DNA of 64,000 nt from Dipteris shenzhenensis (lineage: Eukaryota): the NCBI GenBank assembly GCA_047967505.1, contig CM106538.1. One strand, 5' to 3'. A program made the position numbers and the translations under genes. This document shows, one piece after another, positions 11,967 to 25,579 of this stretch. The stretch's first letter is position 1. Each line of letters opens with the position of its first letter. Under the pieces are notes generated by a model, which was not told the DNA's origin, searched no databases, and saw only the letters and a list, made by a program, of their open reading frames with translations.

Positions 11967-14006
11967 ATAACTTGGTACAGGAATGCTAGGAGAAATTTGA
12001 GCATAGGCTCAAGGTCAACAAGGAGTCAAATAGCATCCACCTAGACCACCTGACCACTCATAGAGGGGAAAAGGCACTTAGGGTGTCAGAGGGGGTGGAA
12101 CACGAGGAGCTATCCAACTCCAGCAAATCAAAGGTTCTAGACTTGATGCAACAAATGTTCCAAGAGGACCCAGTGCTACAAAACCTAAGAGAGGAAGGAG
12201 GCATCTACGGTCTCGAGGATCTGCTATCAATAAGTAGGGAGACCTCTCAAGAACCATGCAATAGTGATGGGTTAGCAACCTTCCTCTCCATAGAGGTTAA
12301 GATGCCAATCACATCCTTGTTGAGAGGGAATCCTACCCTCAGGCAAGACCTCTCAAACTGGATGATCGGGTAATATCTGCCCCAAGGTCCTACTAGCCCC
12401 GAAGTCGACCAACCACAGGAGGAGAGATGGAACCTCTACCCAAGGTCCCCATCAACAAGTTAGGCCAATACTTTGAATGTGATGATACTAATGCAGCTAT
12501 CCCCATAACCTACCAGAACCAAAAGGTTGATGCCATCTTGGAAAGGGGAGCGGGTGTGAGTGTACTCCAAACTTACTCAAAATGCTGACAAGGTCATTTT
12601 GGTACACCACCTGGCTACTGCACCATGGAATGTTGGGATAGGTGTGGAAAACCTTCCCTCAAGTAAACCCACTTGGTAGTGAAGCTATCCAATGACGGAA
12701 CTGCTAAATCCTTGGGAGTCCTCACGGGTATTAACATTAAGGTACTTGGCTTCACATACCCCATTTGGTTTGTGGTCATGGACTTTACCCAATAACTTGG
12801 ATATGAAGCCATCCTTCCTGTGAATGTTTAGACTCATACATGATTGTCACATCAACAACATCTATTTATGGCATAGGGAGAAAATCATGCGAGTGGACAT
12901 GTGTACATATAAAGCCCACCCACTGTTAGGACAACTATTTGCTATGGAATCCAACACAAGCAACAAGATCACATCCCTAAAACTATTCCAAACTTGTGAG
13001 AGAGAAGGTGACGAGAGGGAGGCAGATGAATTTTGGTATGCCCCTCTCCCCGAGAAAGAGTTCTCTTAGAATTGGATGCACATTCTAGCAAACATCGATG
13101 TCCTAGAAAGAATAGGATTCCAAATAACAACCCTTGAGCATAAAGAGTTGAGCACAGTGGTTCCCCTCAGAATGTTTAACATGCTCAAACCCCACGAGAT
13201 GAGAAGAGGGATAGTAAGGGTCAAATCAAACCTCCATTGGCTAATATATGTGGGTGCTACTACTGCTCACCATGAGTTCTCCAATTGGGGATCTCGATTA
13301 AGTAAAGTTAGCTCTTCAGCTGGTTCCATAAGTGCCATGAAGGAGCCCCCCTCAGGTCCCCCCTTAGGTTTGAAGCTCCCAAGTTCCAAAAGCCTGAAGT
13401 ACACATACATGATGAGTGTGCCTACTAAAGTCATGCAGCAAACCATACCCATGTAGATGATTTTAGGCCAGTGCATTAGCGTCCTTATCCTATGAATCCC
13501 AAATATGAGCTCATAGTGAGGGAGGAAATCCAAAAATTCATAAATGTGGGATTCATCTATGAGATAGAGCATACAGACTGGGTGTCAGAAGAATGGAAAG
13601 ATTCGAGTCTATATAGAATTGAAGAAGTTCAATGTAGCTACAAGGCATGATCACTATCCCTTGCCTTTCACAGAACATGTTCTAGAGATAGTAGCCAGGA
13701 AGGAAGCTTACAGCTCCCTAGATGGATTCTTGGATACAATTAGGTACCTATCACCCCATAGGGTCAACATAAAACTACCTTTGCAATCGAGTCGGGTGTG
13801 TATGTGGCCAAAGTAATGATATTTGGGCTTACCAATGTGCCCACCACCTTTCAGCGAGGGGCGGTTGATGATCACCAAAGTTTGAGTACCTAGGGGACTT
13901 CGTAGAAGTCTTCTTGGATGATGTGTGTGTGAACTCAGCTTGGGATGATCACTTGAGATACCTGAAACTTGTCCTTGAGAGATGCAGGTTGTACCAGATA
14001 TCCCTA

Positions 14007-14590
14007 TGTTGAGATATGGTGCCATGAGCACATAAATCAGAGGCTAAGGTATGGTGTAGGATTGTATTAAAGTAGCCACCCAAGGATGTGGACTACATGA
14101 TGTGAAGATGTGGAGCAAGGACCACCACTAGCAGAGATGCGGATTTAACAATCCCATAAGTGTTGACTATTCTAAAGGCTCTCTCTATATAAGAAGCCTA
14201 TCATGTATTGTTGATATACACATACACTCAATATTCTCTTTATAAGTCCAAGCTAATCTATCTTAGAACCTAATTGACTTGAGTAGCATGTCTTGAGCAC
14301 TCTCTTCATCATGTTTCCACATAGGTTCCATCCAACATAGAGTGCCCCATAGATCTTCTTGTGGCATGCATGTTTTCTTATGGTATCAAAGCATAGGTTA
14401 ATCCAAGTTTAGGTGCCTTTAAGAGTGTTTTTTATGGTTTTTGTATAGAAAAGAAAACCTTTGGCATGCTCATCATATCCAGTAAGTATTCTTTGATTGA
14501 GAAAATTTGAGAGATTTAAGTTGATAAATTTTTTAGATAGGTTTTTAGTTCTCAAGTTTATAAAAAAGTCTCTCCAAAAGTTTCTAAGAG
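14007..14590 (+). mobile_element. LTR (~14007-14380) plus PBS and start of leader of a truncated LTR element
   Basis: TGTTGAG starts exactly where the Gypsy RT frame breaks; TATATAAG near 14187; PBS-like TGGTATCAAAGC 14381-14392; right boundary approximate. Confidence 0.65.
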
Positions 14591-15559
14591 GGACAAGACC
14601 TTAATCTACAACAACTGCAAAAGGTAACAACAAGCCATCGACATGCACATGAAGGTGATAAAGCAACTACTACAAACTTCAATGTTCAAGTCTACATGTT
14701 CAAGTCTACACTACAATAGAACGATGCAAACATGAACTCAGAGTAAGCAGATTTTGTATTCAATGTAAGGAGTATCGACATATATCGAAAAATAGACAAA
14801 AAGAGGCAACACATCTATGAGCAAGTAAAGAAGCAAGCCAACCCACAAAGAGAGGGACAAACAAAGAAAAGGCACTGCCACATAGTGAAGCAAAGGATTT
14901 GCTGACTTCAGCTAGCAAGTTGACTTCGACATCCAATAGACTCTCAAAGAAACTCCTATGCTCACATGTACTTGCGAACAAACAAGCAGCAAAAGAAAGC
15001 AACATGCAAAAAGGCAACCATGACAAACAAAAAGGCTATAGCATGCAAGCATCACAACAAAGCTTTGGCACACAACAACAAGCAAACTCAACATAAGGTA
15101 GCAGACACTACTTCAACAATGTACAACAATCATAGGTTGGAATCTCACAAGCACAAGGCAGAAACAAAACCACCAGTCAAAGCTTCACATAGATTCAACG
15201 TGCTTGACTAGAAGATGCTCATTAAAGCAACAATGAGAGCCAGCCACAAGCATTCAACCAAGCAATAATTATTGTTGATATGCTGACCTCAGTTGTCGTG
15301 TAATGTCGTCACTCCTACATGCAATATGTGAGTTCTACATGCAACTCCTACATCCAACTTCTATATGCAAGTTCTACATGTAGAGAGAGAATTTCTTAAA
15401 ATTCCTACATGCAGAGAGAGAAGCTCTCCAACTTATATAAATACCCTATAATGGAATGAAGGCCACACTCTTTGAGGCATTGTGATGAGTTCTACTTTGG
15501 TATTCCAAGCAATTGTCTCCAAGTGTTCATGCTTCCTTGCACTCCATGTCCAAAATCCC

Positions 15560-15730
15560 TCTCCTCCAACCTTACAACCCATCCTCTCCCTCTCCTCCTC
15601 CCCCCTCCTCCTCCTCCTTCTCCCTCCTCATCCTCCCTTCTCCTCCTCCCTCCTCCTCCTCCTCCTCCCTTCTCCTCCCTCCTCCTCCTCCCTCCTCTTC
15701 CCTTCTCCTCTCTTTCCTTCCCCCCATGCT
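15560..15730. repeat. (CCT)n-type pyrimidine low-complexity tract
   Basis: Imperfect CTC/CCT repeats. Confidence 0.9.
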
Positions 15731-16080
15731 CTTACACCTTCTTTCTCTCCGACTCCTATGCTCCCCTTAAACCCTTAGTCCCTCAACCCTTGACCTCCAT
15801 GATCTACAAGGGAGATGAGTTCTCCACCATGTACTTTACCTCGAACCTTGGATCCTCCTTCCAACCCTTAAACCCCTTCTGAACCTTGGAACCTCTTCTA
15901 AACTCTAGAACCTCTCTCTAAACCTTGGAGCCTCCTTCTAATCACGTGGTAAGAGGTTGGAGGTGATGAAGCCGACCGAAGAGGAGCAGCTACTACAGCA
16001 AGTGCTCAAAGGAAGGCAAATGCAATCTAGCAACGATAGGTTTGGGATGGAGCTGAAGAGGCAGGAGGAGTTACTGCAAG

Positions 16081-16263
16081 GCTCTAATACCAGTTGATGC
16101 TATGAGTGGAGAGTGAGAGAGAGTAGGAGACGAGAGTCAATAATGTGTGGGTGTGAAGAATGGATAATGGGCACACCACAACCCATGAGTTTTATTCATG
16201 TGTGGGTGGAACCAATTCAACGAACTGGTTTCACATGTTACATAGGGCCTTTACACCCCAACA
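16081..16263 (-). mobile_element. Short LTR (16095-16263) with PBS of a minus-strand element related to Copia copies 1/2
   Basis: Minus strand reads TGTTGGGGTGTAAAGGCC...GCATCA, AC, TGGTATTAGAGC; similar length (169 bp), start motif and AC spacer as the Copia 1/2 LTRs. Confidence 0.7.
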
Positions 16264-16600
16264 CCCCCCCTCTGCCCCCCACCCACCCCTCCCCCTCCAA
16301 CCCCCCCCCCCCCCCCTCGTTCCACCCCTCTACCCCCCCCCCCCCCCCCAACCCCCCCACCACCCCCCTTTTCCCCACCTCCACCCACCCCCTCCCCTCC
16401 CCTCCCCCCCCTTCCCCCCCCCCCCTCCATCTCCACACACACACCCCTCCACCCCCACCCCCCAACCCCCCCCTCCACCCCCTTTCCCACCCTCCCTTCC
16501 CCCCCCCCCCTCGCCCCCCCTTCACCCCCCGCTCCCTCTCCACCCCGCCCTGCCCTGCTGACCCCCACCCCCTCCCCCTCCTTAACCCCCTACTCTTAGT
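16264..16600. repeat. Extreme poly-C low-complexity tract
   Basis: Irregular C-runs; may include base-calling noise. Confidence 0.85.
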
Positions 16601-17399
16601 GGCCCTAAGGCCCCTGCTCTGCAAGGGCCACCCAACAGCGCCAGTCGCCAATAAACGACAGAGGCACACCTAAGGCAACACCATCCGCTAGCAGCGGCGC
16701 ATCGATGAACCTTGCCCTTTGGGCAGTGGTGATGCCCACGTAGTGCTCGCCTACCTGCCATCTCCTCCTCCTCTGCACCCCTTCCTCCACTCCACACCTA
16801 CTCCACATACACCGCCCCTACTCCGCCTCCACTCCCCTCAACCCCCCTCCTCACACCCCCTAGCCTCACCCCCCCCTCTCCCACCCAGCGGCAGCAGAAC
16901 CCCCCTCTCTACCTCCCAGTCGCCGCCGGCCGCCACTCCCCCTCTTTTTTTAAAAAATAAAAATAAAGGCTAACCCTAACACTAACCCAAGATCTAACCA
17001 AGGTTAGTTAGGGTTGGCTTAAATACATTTAGGGTGAGGTTAAGGTTAGGATATTTAACTGACAGCTAGCTATGTTAACTACCCTAAGATTTAAGTAACT
17101 AACGATTAGATTACCCCAGTCAGGTTAGGTTAGTTGACTTGTGGTTAATTTTAAGTTAATACTAATTGCAGTTCAGTTAGTAGACTAACTGTAGTTAGTT
17201 CAACTAACTACGATTAGTTAGCCACAATCAGTTAGGTTAGAGTAACAGAACTAATTGTGGTTGCCCACAATCACTTAGGTTAGAGTAACTGAATTGAGTG
17301 TCAGTTACTCTCCCTCGGTTAGACTTAAACTTAAAGCCCATTCACATCAAACCTTTGACGAAGAGAACCCCCCCCGCCCCCCTCAAACATTAAAAGGCC

Positions 17400-18600
17400 C
17401 AATCTTGATCATTTAGATGATCTGCTTTGACTAACATAGTGACTTCTTCCTTTTTGCTTTCACTTATTGTAACTACATTCTCTTTTCTCTTATCCATATT
17501 CAATAGCTCATCACGTTGCTTGGTATAGCAAAACCTTTCAATGTGCCCATCTTTACCATAGTAATGGCACTTCCTATATTTTCAAGCATCACGTCTTGTC
17601 GGTCACTGCATATACTCTTGGATCATAGACAAATACATGTTACACTTTTCCTCACCGAGTAACATCCTAACACAATCAAGAAAGTTCATCTCCTCATCAA
17701 AATGCGATATACATACTACTTCTCCATAATGATCGATAGGTAAACTTTTGAGAAGGATTGCCTTTTTATCTTCATCTTTGATCTTTGCTCCAAGCTCATT
17801 TAGTTGCCTTAGCAAGGCTTGCATCCTATTTAGAAACACTCGGAGTGCCTCGTCTTCTTGCATTTGTAAGTCAAATAGATCTTGCTTAAGATTAGCCTTG
17901 GAGTGTTTCATTCACACTCTAAACAACGTCTCTAGCATCTACCAATTCTCTGATGCTGTGACCATGTCAAGATGGTAAAAAAACTTCGGTCCTAGAACTC
18001 GTCCCATTTAGCTAATAGCCTTGTCATTCTTTGTCTCCCACGCATTCTTCTCTGCTTCTGATGCATTACCCTTCAGTTTCTTTTCAATGTTGGCTACAAT
18101 TTCCCATATCCCCTTTTGCATGAATAAAGTTGCCAAGACACAAAATTTTTGCCATGGAATATCACAAGAACTCCTCCGTTCTTATCCTTCTTTGTTGTAT
18201 CCATCTCTAAGACCTAAAGGGATTTAGTAGAACACAAAAACACACTTCAGCAAAGCATGTCCAATGATGTCTTTTCCTTCCTCAGACCTCTACTTCTTGA
18301 TTTTTTAAGATTCTCAGAAACAACTATGATCCGGTTGTTAGCATAGCTAGACCTCCTCGACATATGATAGTATTCTTCAAGAACTTCTTAGCAACCTCAC
18401 ACACACCACAACTCTTAGGACCTGAACGCTACTTTGATACCATATGTTGGTTATTGCATGCTATCTAGTCTAAATTAGAAACACAAGCTACCACAGTGCA
18501 AGATAGATCTCCACATAAAAGGACAAGTGCTTCTCATAAAATGATAGACACAAACCAAAGAGACGACTTCTATTCATCAACCAAAAGACTCCTACAAACT
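17400..18600 (-). mobile_element. Copia gag fragment with PBS and adjoining LTR end
   Basis: UBN2-type gag LKQDLFDLQMQEDEALRVFL...LLKSLP (17603-17911), decayed knuckle CHYYGKDGHIERFC (~17525-17570), PBS-like TGGTATCAAAG (18432-18442, minus), LTR edge at 18445; outer limits approximate. Confidence 0.8.
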
Positions 18601-18899
18601 GACTAAAATATCAAGACCCTATTGCTCACCCCTACCAGGTTTGTTGTAGCTTACAAGATCATGTAAAGAGCCACAAAGGCTTACAAGATACCCTATAAGA
18701 AGGGCAACACAGCCACAAAGGCTCAACTCAAACAACACACACACCCTAGGATGGTGACCTATGCTCACACCTAAGAGTTGTAGAAGATCGCCACATTCAC
18801 TGTGGAAGCCCAAAAATTGCAAATGAAGAAGCTACAAAGCTCCAAGGAAATACTACTAGTGTAGATAAGCCTTGTTCAACACAATAGTTCTAGTGGCTC

Positions 18900-20751
18900 C
18901 CTTGGACATAGAGACACTAGTCAATCAAGTTGATTATGGGGTCACTAAGCTCGAGTCCACAAATATACCTCAAGATGGGGGGGCAATGACCACAAATAAC
19001 TCAGATGTACCCACCAGTGATCCAAAGCAACCCAAGTCCAATAAGGGGAAGGAAGTCTAAATAATAGAGGATGAGGAAGAAGACAGAGATCAATAGCCAC
19101 CTCATAAGTCCCAAGGTATGTGTCCTCCTCAACCAGCTTAGAGAGAGCCACTGCTTCCTCCCTCAAGCTTTTTTGTTTGTCATTCGGAGCAGTGTGTCTC
19201 CAAGATTTCTTGGAGCTATTTTGGCCACCAATGGGTCTCCTTGTAGCTCACCTCTATTGGTCTTCGAGTTTGCTAGTTGTTGGCCACCCAAGTTTGTGTG
19301 CAGCTTCTCCCTTAGTTTGAGTCGATGCCCACCGTTCAAGCATTGAAGTTCATTGTTGAAGGTACTCTTCATCTATATGAGTTCTTCTAAGCTCTTATTG
19401 TCTGTGTCCACTCATGAGCTCCTTTTCCAAGAGCTTCTCTCACTGGGTGCTGTTAATGCCTCCATGGCTTGCATTACTCATCTCTATAGTAGTTTGTTAT
19501 AGCTCTCGCTCGATGGGGCACAGGTGGAGTCTATAACTCCTCAATGAACTCAAGGCTTCTCCTCCATTTGGGTTCATGTAGCTTGTCATGTTGCTACTCA
19601 ACCAGCTCTTCTTCTCACGACTTCAGTTATTCACACAACTTCTAAGTAGCTGTGTAGGGTTCTATGCGGGTTCATGGCTCCTTTATTGCCTTCAAGCTTC
19701 ATATCTGACTGCTACCTCTGAGCTCTTATCCCTAGCTCTCTTGGAGGTCTTCAAGATCTCACCTTGTGCATGAGCCTTCTTGAGCTCACCCAAGCTTCAT
19801 AGCTCCTCTTGCTAGCTCTCTTTGAGCTCTTTAGAGTTCTTGTTCAAGCTCTTTACTGCAACTCACCCTTTAGAATCTTTTTAGGATCTTTTTTTGATGC
19901 AACCCATCACAAGCTCTATTTCAAGCTTTTCTTCCATGACCTCTCTCCACAAAAGACTCCTTATTTACTACAGGTCATGGCCTTCTCCTTTGAAGCTTTC
20001 CTCTCAAGCTTCTTGTTGTACCTCCTTTTCTATAGCCTTGAATTGTAGGTATCTTGGTGATTTCCTTCCAAAAACACCTTCTCAAGGCATACATAGTCCT
20101 TGAGACTTGAAATGACTAGAGAGACACTCTCACTTAATGGGACACACCCTCAACAACATGAAATGACACTTAGCAAGCCTTGCAATAAAACACCACAAGC
20201 CTTCTACACTCACAACTTCAAAACTCAAACTGACATAAGCCTTCACTTGAGAGACACACTCTCAAAGTAGTTCAAACACTAGGCATGCCTTGCATACAAC
20301 CTTACACAACAACCCTCACACTAGATTTCAAAAAGTGAACCAATGGGAAAGGAGGAAACACATTACCATACACACAGTCAAATCCCCATGTAGTGTGGTT
20401 TCACCAACTTTGAGAATCTAATAGTTACTGACACATAGAGATAACTCTCACATACTAGGAAAGAACTTAAACTACTCTGATATGATGTGAAAGAGCACAC
20501 AACTCTAAATTGGGACACATAATCCAACACTCTAAGCACATGGCAAAGAGAGGATGAGAGAGGTCATACACATATTTGGATATACAAAATTTGCACTCTC
20601 ATATTGCCAAAAAGATGAATAGCATACAATATCTATTGAACCCTAAGTGGGTTGCCCTAAGTCCATAGGTACTATTCACACAGGGACTTAGGATCTCTTT
20701 TAGAGTCCTCTATGCTCCTATCCATATACCCATACATACAACATATCAACA
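18900..20751 (-). mobile_element. Degenerate LTR element: putative LTR 20486-20751, eroded PBS, leader and decayed coiled-coil-like ORF
   Basis: TGTGAAAG...ATCAACA segment preceded by CTCTGATA (partial PBS complement); Glu/Lys/Leu-rich broken frames on minus 19100-20100. Confidence 0.45.
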
Positions 20752-20860
20752 TGTGTAACACCATATGTACATGGATGATGACCAGCCGAATGACCCATAT
20801 ACTTCAGCAAAAATATCATGAGATAAGCATAAAAAATGGACTCATAAGTAACAACTTTAC

Positions 20861-21120
20861 GTGAATGAATTCTTAACTTGTATTCTTGCACTTACTTTTG
20901 AATGAATATATTTATTATTTTGATTGTATGTGAGTGAATGCTTAACAATTTGCATCCTTACACATACTTTTGAATGAAAATATTTATCTTTTAAATTATG
21001 TGAATGAATCCTTAAAATTTGCATTCTTACACTTAATTTGAATGAATCAATTTATTCCTTCAATGTACGTGAATGAATGCTTACAATTACTTTTGAACGA
21101 ATATGTTTATTCTTTCAATT
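20861..21120. repeat. AT-rich minisatellite, ~69-70 bp unit x ~4
   Basis: GTGA(A/G)TGAAT...CTTA unit starts at 20861, 20930, 21000, 21069. Confidence 0.85.
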
Positions 21121-21227
21121 CAATTGTGGAATTTGAATTAATGCTCTTAACAATATATTTTTTGTGACCGTGGTTCTAAATTAATTATTTTTTATGCAAG
21201 CTCTTGCTTATCATTCTTGAGATTATA

Positions 21228-22010
21228 AAGGATTTTAGCTTCTATTGTTTTGTAGCAACATTAAAAAAACATGGTGTGTAGTAAGATTTGGTCATATATG
21301 ACTGAGATATAAGAAGCTTGGGCATTATTCTATCTGCAAATATTATGGACACAAATTTATTGGTGATGCTACTTGCATAAAGTAATATTTCTCAGCATTT
21401 AGCGCAAATATTAAGTTGTCTTGTCCATGCTCCCCAGCCAGCATGGCAATTTATTACAAGTCATATTCACAAAAAGAAAAAAGTGTGGAAATTTCCAGTT
21501 TATTAAGGGCTAATGGTTGTAGTAATGCAAGCAATAAGGTGAATAAAGATATAGAGTCAATAGACCCTCTTGGTGTGAGGTGCAAATAATCACATGCTAA
21601 GAATCAAGAAATACAATAAGGATTTTAGCTTCTATTGTTTTGTAGCAACATTAAAAAAACATGGTGTGTAGTAAGATTTGGTCATATATGACTGAGATAT
21701 AAGAAGTTTGGGCATTATTCTATTTGCAAATATTATGGACACAAATTTATTGGTGGTGCTACTTGCATAAAGTAATATTTCTCAGCATTTAGCGTAAATG
21801 TTAAGTTGTCTTGTCCATGCTCTCCAGCCAGCATGGCAATTTATTACGAGTCATATTCACAAAAAGAAAAAGTGTGGAAAATTCTAGCTTATTAAGGGCT
21901 ACTGGTTGTAGTAATGCAAGCAATAAGGTGGATGAAGATATAGAGTCAATAGACCCTCTTGGTGTGAGGTGCAAATAATCATATGCTAATAATCAAGAAA
22001 TACCAATAAG
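21228..22010. repeat. 390-bp tandem duplication covering the hAT N-terminal/BED region
   Basis: AAGGATTTTAGCTTCTATTG... at 21228 and 21618, near-identical over the whole unit. Confidence 0.95.
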
Positions 22011-23700
22011 TGAGCCAGTGATTTTGAATGATACACGCCATGATATCCTCATTAATATGAGGGAAAAACTTGGGCAATCATCCATGGAGGATGGTTTTCA
22101 AAAAACAAAGTGCATTAAGAGAACTTGAGATGGACTAAAGCATTTCTAAATAATGGCATACATTTCAATGTCATGAGAGATGAAAATGGACTGAAGCATT
22201 TCTGAATAATGGCATACCTTTAAATGTCATGAGAGATGAAAATGGATTGAAGCATTTGTGAATAATGGCATATCTTTCAATGTTATGAGAGATGAAATGT
22301 TCCATAATGCTTTATAGTCTTGCACTAGACTAGGTTTTGTCTTGTTGAATTATAATAAAATGCACACGGTCCATCTTGACAAGGTAAAATGGACCATTAC
22401 TAAATGTCTAAAGGAAAAAGTTCTTGATTTCATTTCCACATATGGTAATACACTTGCTTTTGATGGGTGGACCAACAAGCAAGCAAGACCCTTGATAAAT
22501 ATTATGTGCATTAGTCCCAAGGGAATAATATTTTTAGATAGTATCAATACCTCTAAAAGAAAATAACGCTACTTAGATTCTTAAAGTACCTGTGAGAGCA
22601 ATTGCTAAGATTGGTGGTGGCAAGAATATTACTACATTAGTAACAAACAATGTTACTACATTATAATAGACAATGAAATCACAAATGAGGTGATCATGGC
22701 GAAGTATCCCTTTTTGACATGGGTGCCATGTGGTGCTCATACTCTCAACTTGTTGTTGAAAGATATCAAACAATTGTGATTTGTTTAACTAGTGCTGTAA
22801 GTGGCCAATACTCTTGTTAATTTTATGAAGAGTCACCAATATCTACATGCTATATTTAAGGAACACTTAGTGACGTAGCTATGGTAGTCTTATCAAGCCA
22901 CATTGGCCACATCTTTTCTTATCCTCGCTAGATTTTTGGAAGTTCATCAGCTATACAACCAAGACAATTGCTAACAAATGATGGGAGAATCGGCTTGGAA
23001 AAAATAAAGGATATACAACTATTGATAATAAATGTGCACATCTTGTATAATTTGGTTTACTTTGGAGAAATGTGGAAAGAATCAATGAAGATGTGGAGCC
23101 ATTATGCTTGTGCTATGGAGGATTGATTAAGATACCTTAGTTCAGGGTAAAGTGTATTGGGAAATCCTAGTAGGAATACGATGGGTAAAAGAAACTATGC
23201 ACTTTGCACCTAATGAGAATCATGCCATTGTGCAATTAGCTGAAAAAGTGACACCCCTTTACATGTAGGTGCATTTGCCTTGATCCACAATATCATATGC
23301 GTGCCTAGTTGTTGTAACATCTAGAGGTCACAAGCAACTTTTGAGAGGTTTGTAAAAACTTGCTACCAAGATACTAGGATAAACTACTAGCAATGAGTAA
23401 AGTACATGAATTTTGAAGGTTCTTTTAAAGACTTTGGCATCTTGATGCTATTAAAATAATACTACTACACCAGCTTGGTGGAAGGAATATTGTGGAGAGA
23501 TGTTAGTGTTATAGAATATTGCAATGCGTGTGTTCTCAGTTGCTGCATCATCCGATGCATGCTAGTGAAATTAGAGTGCATACAAATTTATTTGTTCAAA
23601 GACAAGCGACAATTGGACCCATCAAGGGATGTTCCCTTAGTTTATTCTTTTGGAAATCTAAGGCTCTTGAAAGGGTTCAATATTGTGGGTACTAGGGTGG
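21270..23700 (+). pseudogene. hAT-superfamily transposase pseudogene (BED, DUF659-type core, dimerisation domain)
   Basis: BED-like W..M...CKYYGHKFIGGATCIK, NGIPFNV-like segment, TLAFDGWTNKQARPLINIMCISPKG (22342-22566), WVPCGAHTLNLLLKDI (~22720-22767), WWKEYCG...IAMRVFSVAASSDAC (~23476-23562); TIRs not found. Confidence 0.85.
22131..22298. repeat. 56-bp unit x3 inside the hAT transposase
   Basis: TGGA(C/T)T(A/G)AAGCATTT...GAGAGATGAAA at 22131, 22187, 22243. Confidence 0.95.
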
Positions 23701-25579
23701 CAAGTTAGGCAATAATCTTAAGATGGAAAGGATTTTTATTATTACATGTTTGCAACTATGGTGGCTTTGTATGTATATGCAACTCATATTGTAGGTTTCC
23801 AATGCTACTCTAGAGACTTTAGTTTTTGTAGAATGAAGAAGATACAGGGGGTTTTGATCGACTCCTAAAGAAATTGGGTCTATATGGTATATGGATCAAG
23901 TACATCTCTCAGTTTCTTTTTTGTGATCAAAATGTTTTTTTAATTATGTCTTAAAAGACTTGAGTAGACTACTAAAGCTTTGATTACATTTGGTTCAACC
24001 ATTGCTCTCTTTTTCCATCTTTAATTGTGCTCAATGTTAGAGTTATGTCTTCTTTCACTGCAAATTATATGTGATCTTTGAGAGAATGCAAAAAAAGACA
24101 CATTCTCAATGCTCTTAGATTTATTTGAAATTATATAAGAGAAATTAGGGATAAACATCATGTTCTCTTTCCATATATCATATTCAAAATGATGTTCTTA
24201 TAATTACGTGCAACCAAGACATGTCTAAACCACAAAAGTGAACATGTTCACAAAATTGCATTACATTCAACACATGTCTAGAGCATAAAGTGAATATGTT
24301 TACAAATATACATGACATACTCTCAAGGAGCAAAAGAAATAGGTTTTGTGCCTTCAAATCCTTGATTGATTGATCTTATATCCTAAATATCTACACTAAT
24401 CAATTGGGTAAAATTGAACAAGACAAATGCCTTGTCCATGTCTATATCCCCAAACATGTTTCTATATCTTGTGATCTAGCCTCCAAAAGCTTGGTTGTGA
24501 GCTCTTACTATCAGGGTATCCTCAACTTGGGATGTGCTTCAAGCTTGCGAGACCTATACGGTGACACCTTGCTAATAAAGAGGAATGGTGGTAGTGGCTA
24601 GCACAACCAAGTCATTGTGTGCTTTTGTAGTGTTGTATGACTTTGTGCTCCATCATTCAACGCTCATCAAAGGCCTTCAATGCCGATCAATGGGACAGGG
24701 AGAGAAGAAGAGGGATGAAGCGGCGACATGGGAGGACTAAAATGGAAATAGGAGAAGAGGATGTGGGAGTGGCAACATGAGTAGAGGGAAAATAGGAAGG
24801 AGAAGGAGGAGGGAGAAAGGGAAGGGTATGAACATCAATAAGAGGTGAGTGTGGAGAAAAAAGGAGGAGGAGGAGGCATGATGGTATTGACAATAAGAGG
24901 AGAGAGTCATGGAAAATATGGGGATATATTAGAGCATGGTGGCTATACAAGAATGAGCATGTCGCATCAAAGGAATAGCCCCTCCTTTTATAACAAAGAA
25001 GAGGGGGCTCTCTCCCATAAATGCATCCTCCCACTTGCATGGTGTGGAGAGGGCATCTTCCATGTGGGTGGAAGGCTGTGCACCCTCAATTGCAATCAAC
25101 AAATTGAGGGATGAATTTTTTACATACTACAAGCCCCATATCTCTAGTGCAAAATGCACTTGATTTTTCTCTCTTATTTAAATACTCACACGGGTGGGTT
25201 GGCACAAATGACTCTTGCCACCTCAACCTACTTTTTCTTTATGAAAATATTATCCCTTGGACTATTCCACATGGGTCTAGCCCACATAGATGAGAAAGTC
25301 TAAGATGCCCTGCCACCTCTACCAATTAAATACAATATGTCCCCTTGACCTTGGCCATATATCACTTGATGTTTCATGGGACCGCCTAGGTGGAGGGGTG
25401 GCACATGGAGATTCTATGCCATCTCACCATACTATTTTATTTAGCTATGTAGGAGCACACATGCATCACTACGAATAGCAAGCACACATGCATCAGCTGC
25501 GTGACAAAAATGTTGGATCTTGCTCAACTAAATACTGAAGGATTAAATTAATGGGGTACTTCTAATTCTTGTAACAATT

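Larger units (their letters stand above)
4386..14006 (+). mobile_element. Degenerate Ty3/Gypsy (Athila/Tat-like) gag-protease-RT remnant, interrupted by Copia copy 2
   Basis: Gag-like LYEVKQNNKEYLCDYIGRIK (~4460-4520), zinc knuckles 4900-5620, protease-like VDAILERGAGVS (~12527-12562), RT motifs DHYPLPFTEHVLE / YSSLDGF / FGLTNVPTTFQR / VFLDDVCV (13460-14006); cut at 14006 by another LTR. Confidence 0.8.

Noticed and set aside
16264-16280. PPT-like G-run before the 16095-16263 LTR, suggesting an LTR shared with the Copia at 17.4-18.4 kb
   Set aside because: That element's LTR edge at 18445 has a different sequence; the G-run is part of the low-complexity tract
15472-16973. Pro-rich and Gly-rich ORFs resembling extensins or glycine-rich proteins
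   Set aside because: By-products of C-rich low-complexity DNA, open in several frames on both strands, with no signal peptide or regular SPPPP/YXY repeat
22131-22298. CRISPR-like regular repeats (also 20861-21120)
   Set aside because: Contiguous tandem units with no unique spacers, eukaryotic context, no cas genes
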